Positions 1 through 8,649 of a stretch of 20,000 nt of DNA are shown here, one piece after another. Below the pieces are notes generated by a model. That model was given only the letters and a program-made list of their open reading frames with translations, was not told the origin of the DNA and did not search any database. Origin of the DNA: an uncultured virus (IMG/VR IMGVR_UViG_3300011008_000093) (Duplodnaviria; Heunggongvirae; Uroviricota; Caudoviricetes); the IMG/VR virus record IMGVR_UViG_3300011008_000093, one strand, 5' to 3'. Position 1 is the first letter of the stretch, and every line of letters starts with the position of its first letter. Position numbers and translations under genes: made by a program.

Positions 1-145
1 GGCTTTCGGTAATCGCGGTGATGCCATTCCAGGCAACGCCGGTATCATACCTCTTGGTGGTGCCGTTGAGAGGATACAGCACAGCATGGTCTACACCGGT
101 CTCAAAGAAGCGCTCGCCGTTCTCATCCCATTTGATTTTACTCAT
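1..145 (-). CDS. Major tail (tube) protein, N-terminal part (runs off window)
   Basis: Manual translation from ATG at 145 (AGGAGG RBS upstream): MSKIKWDENGERFFETGVDHAVLYPLNGTTKRYDTGVAWNGITAITES. The 'W D..GER.FETGVD..VLY...GVAWNG.T.ITE' pattern is typical of siphovirus tail tube proteins, and the gene follows the neck genes. Confidence 0.8.
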   Translation of the reverse strand, partial: MSKIKWDENGERFFETGVDHAVLYPLNGTTKRYDTGVAWNGITAITES

Positions 146-164
146 ATCGAAATCCTCCTAATAA

Positions 165-470
165 TTAATAGTATAATGTAAAAACATCATGATGCAGATT
201 GTCCGCTGTATAATGCCTGTCGTGAGAACACATAGGCAAAGCGGCAATCCGCTTGGGTAACTCACTGTCAGGATTCCTGTAAATCAGAATCAACTGATAG
301 CGGTCATGCAGTTGGTAAGAAGTATTATCTGCATGTACGGTATCGATCTTTTTCCGTTCATAACGGATGCAGTCATATTTCATCTGAAAATTCGCAGGAG
401 GCTGAAAATACACATTCTTCGAGCCAAGAATCTCCTCCAGTAGCCGCTGGAGTTCCAGTCTACGATTCAT
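165..470 (-). CDS. Tail completion/terminator-like neck protein
   Basis: ORF 165..485, with the likely start at MNRRL (470) after GGAGG. It has an 'NVYFQPP...Y.CI.Y...HD...ADNLHHDVFTLYY' pattern and lies immediately before the tail tube gene. Confidence 0.65.
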   Translation of the reverse strand: MNRRLELQRLLEEILGSKNVYFQPPANFQMKYDCIRYERKKIDTVHADNTSYQLHDRYQLILIYRNPDSELPKRIAALPMCSHDRHYTADNLHHDVFTLYY

Positions 471-777
471 GATACAACCCTCCAACCGTCAGAATCAGCC
501 GGGGATAGTTCACCTCGACCTTGGAAATTTTCCATTTTGAATTCATAAAGGTCACATACCGCATCTTGTGAAAATTCTGTCTGGCAAAGGGATCGGCAAG
601 AATGCTGATCTCGTTGGTAATGTTGATATCATCGTTCACCGAATCGCCAGTCTGCATCTGGCGTGTATTCCGGGTCAAATCCCCATAATAAGGATGCTCG
701 ATGATTTGTTCCACCCAGACGCCAGGCGCCGTTTCCACCGTTTCCGCATAACCTACCGATCCATAAAACTTTGCCAT
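460..777 (-). CDS. Head-closure / head-tail joining protein
   Basis: 105 aa, beta-rich ('MAKFYGSVGY...ETAPGVW...ISILADPFA...W.I..VEV.YPRLILT'). It sits directly after the capsid gene and has an AAGGAG RBS. Confidence 0.65.
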   Translation of the reverse strand: MAKFYGSVGYAETVETAPGVWVEQIIEHPYYGDLTRNTRQMQTGDSVNDDINITNEISILADPFARQNFHKMRYVTFMNSKWKISKVEVNYPRLILTVGGLYHES

Positions 778-796
778 TCAATTAACTCCTTATCGA

Positions 797-2734
797 TTAG
801 CCATTATCGCTGCTGCCGCTGCCACTGCCACTGGAGGCAGTAACAGGCTCTTCCAGAGCGATCGCAGAATTCACGCGGGTCAGAGCGCCGCTGATCCGGG
901 TTTCAATCAGATACTTCTCCTTGTTGAAGTCAATATCGAACTGATTGAACCGGGTAATCTCGCCGCCCTTGACAGAACCAACGGTATAGTCCGTCAGATT
1001 AACGAACAGACCCAGCAGCCTGTGCTGAGAAGCATCGTCTGCGTCGGTCCGAGTCAGACCTGCGAACTGTTCGGCGGTATACAGATTGCCCACGTTCAAA
1101 GCAGCCGCCAGATCGGCTCTGGTGTTATAGATCCGCCGGCCGTTCATATCCCGAGCCAGAAGCATCACATTGACCAGATGCGGCGTGCAGAAGAAGTCCG
1201 GCGTACCGGTGCCCTTATACTGCTCCCGAGCATACATAGCTGCGGTGATGATCGCCTCGGCATAGATGTAATTCTCACCAAAGTTATTGGCCGTATTTTC
1301 ACCGTTCAGACTCTCGGCCGCCTCGTCAATATCCACATCATAGTGGATGGTATAGGTCTCATCATCGTTCCAGATGGAGCGGACATGATCTTCGGAGATC
1401 TTATAAGGATCGCTGTCGCCGCGGCCGTCGCCAATCATGATGGCAATAGCGATCTCCTCATTCAGAATCTCCCGCATGGCCTGATACTGATACTCCACTA
1501 CGTCAAAGTCAGTGATGTCCAGAATGTCGTCCCGGTTCAGAGCATCCAGCACGTAGATAGTCTGGGGATCGGTGGTGCGGTTAATAGCCTTGGTATTGGC
1601 GGCCAGCTGCTTCTGTGTGGTCTTCTTATAGCCGCGGCCCCGCAGCGCATCTACTCTGGTGTCCACCTGACGGGTACGGATCCGACCAAAGGGGCTCTTG
1701 TTGACCTTCTGCATGACCACGTTCACCCAGCCCTGGTCGCGGGTGACCAGCTCGGGAGCACCGCTGCGGACATCCTTATAATCCGGAAACAGACGATCGA
1801 TATTGTCAATACCATGGGCCAGTTCATTCTGTTCCATATAAATGTCCAGGGCATCCCGCAGACTGCCCACGCTCTTGCTCTTGGCCAGTTCGATGATCTT
1901 GGCCCGATCCTCGGAATGGATCAGAACGTCATTCTTGTTCTCTTCCGCTTCAAACACATTATGCTTCATAGTTTTTTGTCCTCCTTCAGACTTTTCAGAT
2001 TTATTGTCGGAATCTTCTTCCTCTTCTTTCCCTTCATCGGCCGCTTCTTCCAGAGCCGCGCCGATCATGGCATAAACGACCGTCTTCTGCTTTTCCGTCA
2101 GTGTGTCGAATACGTCCTGCAGAGTCTCCCCTTCGGAATCCTCTTCAGAAGTCTGTTCTTCCTTCTCTTTGTCCTCGTCTGCACCTGTTTCTTCCGAGTC
2201 GTCCTTCTCCTCTTCTTCCTTTTCCTTTTTGGGTGGAGAAGCAGGCTTCTCTTCGGCATGATACAGACTGATGGTCTCACCGGTACCCAGGATCATTTCT
2301 TCCTCGGTCCCATCGTCTCCATGAGCCATATCGATAAAATCAATAAAGGCCCCGGGATTTGCTCCCGCGACCACCAGACTCACTTCTTTGATATCCCCGT
2401 GCATTACATCCTTGTTGGGTGTCTGCTTCAGACCATTGGCATAAATGGACAAGGATTCCACGTCCCCGTGCTGAACCAGGGCTTTAGCCGCCTTGCCGCT
2501 TTCCGTGTCATTGAAAAAGCAATAGGCATAAACACCGTCATCCCGGTTTTCCAACAGGGCATGACCAAGAATATTGGTCGGTTCATCATGGCGATGATTC
2601 CAGACCAGCGGTACAGTCTTTCCGTCACAGTGCTTGAATGCGTCTTTTCGGATCGTCCGTCCATCCGCGCATACAAGATCGTTTCGGGTTGCCCAACCGC
2701 TGAAGTCATAAGCATGCTCCATTTTGAACTTCAT
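797..2734 (-). CDS. Prohead protease-scaffold-major capsid fusion protein (HK97-type)
   Basis: 645 aa. The N-terminus resembles the HK97 prohead protease (FSGWA, VPLVWNH.H, LSI, EVSLV..GANPGA). An acidic low-complexity scaffold/linker follows, then a capsid-like C-terminal ~340 aa (FDIDFNKEKYLIETRISGAL). It follows the portal gene. Confidence 0.88.
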   Translation of the reverse strand: MKFKMEHAYDFSGWATRNDLVCADGRTIRKDAFKHCDGKTVPLVWNHRHDEPTNILGHALLENRDDGVYAYCFFNDTESGKAAKALVQHGDVESLSIYANGLKQTPNKDVMHGDIKEVSLVVAGANPGAFIDFIDMAHGDDGTEEEMILGTGETISLYHAEEKPASPPKKEKEEEEKDDSEETGADEDKEKEEQTSEEDSEGETLQDVFDTLTEKQKTVVYAMIGAALEEAADEGKEEEEDSDNKSEKSEGGQKTMKHNVFEAEENKNDVLIHSEDRAKIIELAKSKSVGSLRDALDIYMEQNELAHGIDNIDRLFPDYKDVRSGAPELVTRDQGWVNVVMQKVNKSPFGRIRTRQVDTRVDALRGRGYKKTTQKQLAANTKAINRTTDPQTIYVLDALNRDDILDITDFDVVEYQYQAMREILNEEIAIAIMIGDGRGDSDPYKISEDHVRSIWNDDETYTIHYDVDIDEAAESLNGENTANNFGENYIYAEAIITAAMYAREQYKGTGTPDFFCTPHLVNVMLLARDMNGRRIYNTRADLAAALNVGNLYTAEQFAGLTRTDADDASQHRLLGLFVNLTDYTVGSVKGGEITRFNQFDIDFNKEKYLIETRISGALTRVNSAIALEEPVTASSGSGSGSSDNG

Positions 2735-2742
2735 CCTCCTTT

Positions 2743-3978
2743 TTAATTCTTCTCTTCTTCTGCATCTGCTGCAGGTTGTGTTGTGTTGTCCTCTTTCGGT
2801 GCGCTCAGGTTGCTGTTCCGAAGTTCATCCGCCTTGGGATCACTGGAAGGCTTCATTCCGATCTCCTGCCGGATCTCGTTGGAAGTCATGATCTCGTTGC
2901 GGGTCATCTTGTCCGCGATCTCCGCCAGACTGCTCACAGGAACCAGCCTGAAAGGATCCCGGAAAAACATGATTGATTGCTTCTGCGACCGAGCGGTCTT
3001 CGTGAGGAATTTTCGTTTCATTTCATCAACGATTGCGGAAAGGATCGGCTCCACGGTTCTCGTTTCATAGTTCAGCATCGTTCTCTCATCGGCAGAACCA
3101 TCCAATATGCCCTGAGTTAATCCCAACTGGCTGTAAAGCATACTCGTCAGGTATTCGATCTGGCTCATCAGATTATTCTCAACGGGACGATTCAACTGGA
3201 CTACATGCTCCGTGCCGTCTGTGTACGCGACACCGAACTTTGAACTCGCCAACTGTTCCTCTATATCTTTACGGCGTTTTTCCGCCTGTTCCCGCCTTGC
3301 GTCTGTCTTGATCACATAAGGAAGCTGAATGATCAGATTCAGTTTTCCGGAGCCGCTCTGCTCATCCACGGCATCCAGAATGTTCAGCTTCCGGATCAGT
3401 CTCTGAAGGGTGGAGTTGGATTCATTCATCACCGCATAAAACGGATTCTCAATGATAGCCACTATGGATTTTGGAAGGATCAGCTCCTCTTTCTTTCCTG
3501 TCTTCTGGTTGTAAAGACGGACCTTCACATGTTCCGGATACCACTCCATGATTTTCCCGGTTCGCATAGTCTCGATCTTGTAGGAGCCGGTATTCGGGTC
3601 AATATCTGTATCTACCGGCACAATGGCAACGCACCCTTCATCCAGCATGGAAAGTACCACGTCCTGGATAAATGCCCGTCCTGTCTGATCCAAATTCGCT
3701 TCCAGCTCAAAACAATTATTCAGAGAGCTCTTTTCTATTACATCAATAAAGCGCCCATCATCGTCGAGACGTACATGCTCGATCGATACGGACGCTACAT
3801 CAAGTGCGATCCTATTGAAAACAGCCGTTACGATGGAACGCTCATTTCCCCGGCTCAGTAATGTACGGTCCGGTCGATAAGAATAACTGGAACCAATACT
3901 GTAAGACGGGATAAACTGTTCATTTCCCGTAAAGACATTCCACGCATGCTTCAACCGGGAACCAAATGATAAATCCAT
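2743..3978 (-). CDS. Portal protein (HK97 family)
   Basis: 411 aa with 'V.AVFNRIALDVAS', 'MLDEGCVAIVP' and C-terminal 'IMTSNEIRQEIGMKP' (cf. the T.NE.R...G..P portal motif). It lies between terminase and capsid. Confidence 0.9.
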   Translation of the reverse strand: MDLSFGSRLKHAWNVFTGNEQFIPSYSIGSSYSYRPDRTLLSRGNERSIVTAVFNRIALDVASVSIEHVRLDDDGRFIDVIEKSSLNNCFELEANLDQTGRAFIQDVVLSMLDEGCVAIVPVDTDIDPNTGSYKIETMRTGKIMEWYPEHVKVRLYNQKTGKKEELILPKSIVAIIENPFYAVMNESNSTLQRLIRKLNILDAVDEQSGSGKLNLIIQLPYVIKTDARREQAEKRRKDIEEQLASSKFGVAYTDGTEHVVQLNRPVENNLMSQIEYLTSMLYSQLGLTQGILDGSADERTMLNYETRTVEPILSAIVDEMKRKFLTKTARSQKQSIMFFRDPFRLVPVSSLAEIADKMTRNEIMTSNEIRQEIGMKPSSDPKADELRNSNLSAPKEDNTTQPAADAEEEKN

Positions 3979-4016
3979 ATAAAATCCATCACCTCCTTAA
4001 ATCATAGTCGAACGAT

Positions 4017-4523
4017 TTATACGTTTACCTTGTTTAACTGGGTTTGCCGATATGCCACTCTTCCCGAAGTCCAGACACCCCGACGAAGCTGATTCATGTT
4101 ATAGTTCTCATCCGCAAGCGCCATCATAACGCCAACTTCCCCACGCTTTGCCACGAATCGGACCACACGACCAGAGGGAGCGCGTATATCGGTCACTTTG
4201 CTTGACATCACTTCGGCCATTTTCTGGTTGTAAGCCATAATTGCGGCGGAACTCAACTTTCCATTGGATTTAAAAGCCCCGGGAGTATTTACAATCGCGT
4301 TGGCAGCACCCTTCATTTCTTTGGAAGAAGCTTTTTCTGCGCGGCGAGTAATTTTGTCGTTGTTCTTTCTGGCCCAGTTTTCATCCTTACGTTCCAGCCG
4401 TCTTCGACCGGCTTCCGTCAGTGTTCCATCCGCATTCTGGTATCGCCTGACGCCCCATTTCATTCCGAGTACACCATAATGAATAAGCTCATCAGTCGAC
4501 TTATACGAGTCTTGCCGATTCAA
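4017..4523 (-). CDS. Basic phage protein with N-terminal HYGVLGMKWGVRR motif (putative internal virion protein)
   Basis: Likely TTG start at 4523 after GGGAGG. It carries ELIHYGVLGMKWGVRRYQNADGTLT, paralogous to the N-terminus of 7372..7881. Confidence 0.75.
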   Translation of the reverse strand: MNRQDSYKSTDELIHYGVLGMKWGVRRYQNADGTLTEAGRRRLERKDENWARKNNDKITRRAEKASSKEMKGAANAIVNTPGAFKSNGKLSSAAIMAYNQKMAEVMSSKVTDIRAPSGRVVRFVAKRGEVGVMMALADENYNMNQLRRGVWTSGRVAYRQTQLNKVNV

Positions 4524-4537
4524 GCTGCTCCCTCCCT

Positions 4538-5590
4538 TCAAATATAATAAATCGCCTTGAGACTTCCCGGCAACCATTCAAAGATCATAAATCGTTTATG
4601 ATCTCCCACATATCCTTCGTCTTCAGACCATTGATCAGTCACACCATTTCTGCTCAGTCTTCGGATCATGACTCCATACAGATCCCCTTCCGCCTCGTGA
4701 TGAAGGTGTCCGGCATGAATCTCCCGGACAGTCGACTTGGAGAAAAACTCCGGAAATTCGATTGTGAACTGACCTCTCAGATCGTTCATCTTATTTTTTG
4801 TGTAATAACCATGGGTCAGGCCAATAAAGCACCTGTTCCAATAGATGCATTTTCGCTGCTTCATCCGGTCATCCACCTGAACCTGAGGGTAATGATCCTT
4901 CAACATCTGCACGAAAGCCCATGCCAGACTTTCGTCATGATTACCTACGCTGTAAATCAGATTTACATCCTCGCACTGCCGAAGACAGGCTTCGATCACA
5001 CTGTACCAGATTTCTTTTGCTATCTGCCAGGCAGCGGTAATATCAACTTTCTCAATCTCTCTGCCCGAAGCGGTCCTACCCCGAAAATCATCATTGTGGA
5101 ACATATCCTGTCCGACGACCAGATTGATCTGCTGCCACTTCTGCCGCTCAATGATTCCCAACAGTTGTTGAATACTTTCCGTATGATCTGACAAAGGAAG
5201 ATGCATATCAAATAGAGGAATCTCCAGCATACCGATCCCATCCCCGCTCTTTGCCTCAATTCTGATCGGCTCCGCATTCTTATGGATTGCATTCAGCAAG
5301 TCGTCCCACTGGCAATCATCCAAAGCCTGCTTGATCCACGCCTGAACAATCTCGCCCTGGCTGTTAACCTGAACCGTAGCATTGTGAGCGGTGAACCCTT
5401 CATATGTGCCCCGTTCCAGCGTGGTGGGATCCGGGAACATTTTATGCCGCCATTTTCCCAACATCCGCCGAAATGTCTCATAACTGGTATTGGGATATAC
5501 CTCGTGGTACACATTTCGATAAATTTCTTTCGGCTTCTGACCTGCGTTGTAAGCATCCACACATTGTTTCTTGATTCCGATATCGATCAC
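4538..5590 (-). CDS. Calcineurin-like metallophosphoesterase with N-terminal HTH-like region
   Basis: All five metallophosphoesterase motifs appear in order: DMH, GQDMFH, GNHD, THG, GHLH. An AAGGAGG RBS precedes it. Confidence 0.8.
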   Translation of the reverse strand: MIDIGIKKQCVDAYNAGQKPKEIYRNVYHEVYPNTSYETFRRMLGKWRHKMFPDPTTLERGTYEGFTAHNATVQVNSQGEIVQAWIKQALDDCQWDDLLNAIHKNAEPIRIEAKSGDGIGMLEIPLFDMHLPLSDHTESIQQLLGIIERQKWQQINLVVGQDMFHNDDFRGRTASGREIEKVDITAAWQIAKEIWYSVIEACLRQCEDVNLIYSVGNHDESLAWAFVQMLKDHYPQVQVDDRMKQRKCIYWNRCFIGLTHGYYTKNKMNDLRGQFTIEFPEFFSKSTVREIHAGHLHHEAEGDLYGVMIRRLSRNGVTDQWSEDEGYVGDHKRFMIFEWLPGSLKAIYYI

Positions 5591-5613
5591 TATAGGTCAT
5601 CGCCTCCTTCTCA

Positions 5614-7362
5614 TTAGTCAAATGCTTCATAATTGTGTTTATATGCGATATAGGCGTCCATCATAGCTGCTACCGCGTCAATCTTTTGATCTGATCGTTT
5701 TTTGAACAGTTTTCGGTTTCCGTTGGTGTCTTCTATGGTAATGCAGTTGCCCATGGAAAACGTCATCAACTCCTCATCGAAGATCAGCATCCGCTCTTCC
5801 GAAAGCTTCTTTAATTCTCCCAAAGGAACCGATTCCGTTTTTGCGCCCTGAATCACTTTTTCAATCCCAAACGGGCCGTTTTCCGATTGCCATCGTTCCA
5901 CAAACTCTTTTGCGTTATAAGGGTCATACCCCAAGGTCCGTACATCATATCCGGAATGAATAATATGGTCATCCAGATCGTCGTACACCTGCATCATATC
6001 CAGAACCGTCCCCTCCATAACAATTAAACTCCCTTCCGCCATAAAGTCTTCGTACTTGACTCGCATAGCAGCAGGGAGTTTATGAAGGGTAAGAGACGTA
6101 ATATAGTTTCTGGTTTTCACACCGAATGAACCGTCCCCCAAAGGAAATAAAAATGTAAAAGCACAAAAGTCATCGCCTTGTGAAAGGTCCGCCCCCAGGG
6201 AACAAGGAAGCTGCCAGAACTTTCGCTTCCTGTGAGGAAGCGTCTCTTCATATGTGAAGTAATATGTGTAGCCTTCCATAGGAAGTCCGAATCTCTTGGC
6301 CAGCATATCGTTTCTGGTTGCCGGTGCCGTTTCCGCTCGGTCCACATCCTTCTGATAGGCATCATAACTCACAGTCTTTCCCACATTCGGATTCGCCTTG
6401 ACCCACATATCCGGATAGGCCACCTCGTCCACAGAATCCAGCTTGTACCACCAGATGGAGATCTGAGGCTGAGGCGGGCCGACTCCTTGAAGGATATTCA
6501 TCAACTCCATTTTGATTGTATCGCCCGCGCCGTTTCTTACTGTGCCTTCCGAACTGGTTGCGATAATCAGATAGTCGTCCAATTTTGACGCGCCCTGCTC
6601 AATGGCGCCGATCACGTCTTCTCTGGCGTCTGCTGAAGACAGCCATTCGTCCACCGTTGCGAATTTGCATCGTAATCCCTGCAGCTTGTCCACAGACATG
6701 GGGCGAACCTCAATAATCGATCCGGAGATAAAATTTTCAATTCCCTTTTTGGTGGATGCCAGCTTCACCCGATTGGCAGCGCTCCCGCTGGTGTTCTGAA
6801 TAGACCCCTCGGTCATAAACTGAAACAACGGACCTTTGGCCCTTGTAATTGCGGTCTTGATCGGGTTAATAATTTCTTCCGCCTGTTTCATGGTGGGAGC
6901 CGTTGTGATCTGATGGGTCGTAGCACCGTCTACAACCAGTCCATATGCCTGAATACAGGAACCGTATAAGGATTTTGCCGCACCTCGTCCCACGATCAGA
7001 TATTGTTTGTTGGTCAGCCGCTTCTTGATTTGTTTGGTGACGTATCGTCCGCCATAGCCGTCTTTGTTAGGCACATACACCGACCGGGATTCAAAGTAAT
7101 ACCATCCAAAGACTTCTTCGCCCCACAGCTTAAAGCTGTCCAGCAAATGCAGATCAGATCCGTCCGTCAACGTCAGCTCATTCTCACAAAACGCGATCCA
7201 ACCTTCCACCGCCCGATCGTCGTAATAATACATAGGATCCTCGATCAACGCATCGATCCGTTCCATTTCCAGGGCCACTTCTCTGCAGACCGGTATCTCG
7301 CCCCGGATCACAGAATCCCGAAATATACCATAGTATTTAGGGACTGCGGTGTTCGATAACAT
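5614..7362 (-). CDS. terL: Terminase large subunit
   Basis: 582 aa with Walker A-like GRGAAKS, Walker B 'ATVDEW', coupling motif 'ATSSEG', and RNase H-like nuclease motifs 'GADLSQGDDF', 'YDPYNA' and 'KIDAVAAMMDA'. Confidence 0.93.
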   Translation of the reverse strand: MLSNTAVPKYYGIFRDSVIRGEIPVCREVALEMERIDALIEDPMYYYDDRAVEGWIAFCENELTLTDGSDLHLLDSFKLWGEEVFGWYYFESRSVYVPNKDGYGGRYVTKQIKKRLTNKQYLIVGRGAAKSLYGSCIQAYGLVVDGATTHQITTAPTMKQAEEIINPIKTAITRAKGPLFQFMTEGSIQNTSGSAANRVKLASTKKGIENFISGSIIEVRPMSVDKLQGLRCKFATVDEWLSSADAREDVIGAIEQGASKLDDYLIIATSSEGTVRNGAGDTIKMELMNILQGVGPPQPQISIWWYKLDSVDEVAYPDMWVKANPNVGKTVSYDAYQKDVDRAETAPATRNDMLAKRFGLPMEGYTYYFTYEETLPHRKRKFWQLPCSLGADLSQGDDFCAFTFLFPLGDGSFGVKTRNYITSLTLHKLPAAMRVKYEDFMAEGSLIVMEGTVLDMMQVYDDLDDHIIHSGYDVRTLGYDPYNAKEFVERWQSENGPFGIEKVIQGAKTESVPLGELKKLSEERMLIFDEELMTFSMGNCITIEDTNGNRKLFKKRSDQKIDAVAAMMDAYIAYKHNYEAFD

Positions 7363-7371
7363 TGAGAATAC

Positions 7372-7881
7372 CTACTCTTTCTGCTCATTACTTTTTTTTT
7401 TCTCTGTTTGAGTAAACTGACCTTTTGCCACTGTTAAACCAAGATCTTTCCGATTAACTTTTTCCCCGGAAACAACTGAATATGCCGCATACAAGGCCGC
7501 ACCAGTTAACGCGGTAGTAAGAACAGTCTTTCCGACATTACTGACAATATCGTATGTAAATTTTTTTCCAGGACTGACCTCCTTATCAGTCAGCTCTCTT
7601 AATTCCCTTTCCATTTTCAATCTATTAATCTTTACTCTTAATTCATCATCACTTAATGTTCCGCGATTTTTAGAATCCGAGCGTTTCTGTCGTTCTGAAT
7701 TAACCTGCTCTTCCGATTTGGTCTTTCTCTCAGATTTCTGTTTCTCATTTTTGACTTTATTATCAGACTTCTGATAGCGCTTTGCACCTTCGGATGTCAA
7801 AGAGCCGTCTTTATTCTGGTATCGCCTGATGCCCCATTTCATCCCGAGAACGCCATAGTGATACAGTTCGTCTTGGTTCAT
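7372..7881 (-). CDS. Basic phage protein with N-terminal HYGVLGMKWGIRR motif (putative internal virion protein)
   Basis: MNQDELYHYGVLGMKWGIRRYQNKDGSLT, then 'LSDDELR..INRL.ME' and a hydrophobic helix near the C-terminus. The start overlaps the upstream stop (ATGA). Confidence 0.78.
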   Translation of the reverse strand: MNQDELYHYGVLGMKWGIRRYQNKDGSLTSEGAKRYQKSDNKVKNEKQKSERKTKSEEQVNSERQKRSDSKNRGTLSDDELRVKINRLKMERELRELTDKEVSPGKKFTYDIVSNVGKTVLTTALTGAALYAAYSVVSGEKVNRKDLGLTVAKGQFTQTEKKKSNEQKE

Positions 7882-8261
7882 ACCTCTTCCCCCTCTTCTT
7901 CGGATTTAGCTACGGGATCCGCAGCCACATACAACCGCCATTCCAGTTCACTGATCTGCCGGTTTATGGCGTCCATGGCAGCGGAACTGAGCGGCGGATC
8001 AAATAGAAGCCGAACCTTAAGGTATATGTATGACTTCACCATAGAGAACTTATTAAAACCAACTCCATCTGTTATAAACTGATCCCAGGTTTCGTCTCCG
8101 TCTTCAAGAGAAAAGCCGTTTACCGGTCCGACTCCAAGCTGCCCGAGAATAGAAAACACACTGTTGATGTGCATGATAATATCGGCATCAAAGTGTGTAT
8201 AGTTTTCTTCAATTCCCAATAACTTCTTCACAGAAGTCAGAATATTTTCCGTAATCTCCAT
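7878..8261 (-). CDS. Head-tail connector (gp6-like) protein
   Basis: 127 aa with the pattern 'ILTSVKKLLGI...FD.DII.HIN..FSIL.QLGV...V.SYIYLKVRLLFDPP', typical of helical gp6/gp15-type connectors. Confidence 0.7.
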   Translation of the reverse strand: MEITENILTSVKKLLGIEENYTHFDADIIMHINSVFSILGQLGVGPVNGFSLEDGDETWDQFITDGVGFNKFSMVKSYIYLKVRLLFDPPLSSAAMDAINRQISELEWRLYVAADPVAKSEEEGEEV

Positions 8262-8279
8262 AAACCAGCCCCCTTTTTT

Positions 8280-8531
8280 TTAATGATTGATTGTGATGAA
8301 CTCCTTTAAACAATAACCTTCTGCTCCGGCAGCACTGCAAATCTTATAAAACAGGTCCGTCGAAGCAGCAGGATCAATCAAAACTTCCGAACCCCTCTGC
8401 AAAATTGTAACGATAGACGTTGGATCCTTTGGGTTTTCCAAAACGCTGAGATGACTGCAGTTTGCAACAACACCAAATGGCTTTTCAGCTATGACTGCTT
8501 TGATCAGGTCGTTCTGCTGATTGGTATCCAT
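8280..8531 (-). CDS. Small protein with bacterial SH3-like domain
   Basis: 83 aa; 'GVVANC..L.V.E.P......IV..L.RGSEV.I.......FYKI......EGYC.KEFI' fits an SH3b pattern. AGGAGG RBS. Confidence 0.6.
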   Translation of the reverse strand: MDTNQQNDLIKAVIAEKPFGVVANCSHLSVLENPKDPTSIVTILQRGSEVLIDPAASTDLFYKICSAAGAEGYCLKEFITINH

Positions 8532-8571
8532 ACCTATGTCCTCCTGTTATGTAATAGTCATATAACTGACA

Positions 8572-8645
8572 TGGCCCCTCCAAGGATCGAACTTGGAATC
8601 CCACGATTATAAGTCGTGTGCTCTAACCTGTTGAGCCAAGAGGCC
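8572..8645 (-). tRNA. tRNA-Ile (anticodon UAU), CCA not encoded
   Basis: Minus strand reads GGCCTCT TG GCTC AACAGGTTA GAGC A CACGA CTTATAA TCGTG GGATT CCAAG TTCGATC CTTGG AGGGGCC A. This is a full cloverleaf with anticodon TAT at 8609-8611 and discriminator A. Confidence 0.93.
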
Positions 8646-8649
8646 GCGC

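Noticed and set aside
1022..2746. 574-aa plus-strand ORF
   Set aside because: It is an antisense shadow of the capsid gene, with no RBS, no recognisable motifs and a composition mirroring the capsid codons.
8532..8571. tRNA-associated theta (HDV-like) ribozyme downstream of the tRNA
   Set aside because: The 3' trailer is only about 40 nt, AT-rich and includes the next RBS; no nested double pseudoknot could be built.
8572..8645. tRNA as a prophage attachment site
   Set aside because: It is embedded in the late operon, with no integrase, duplicated tRNA end or host genes in the window.
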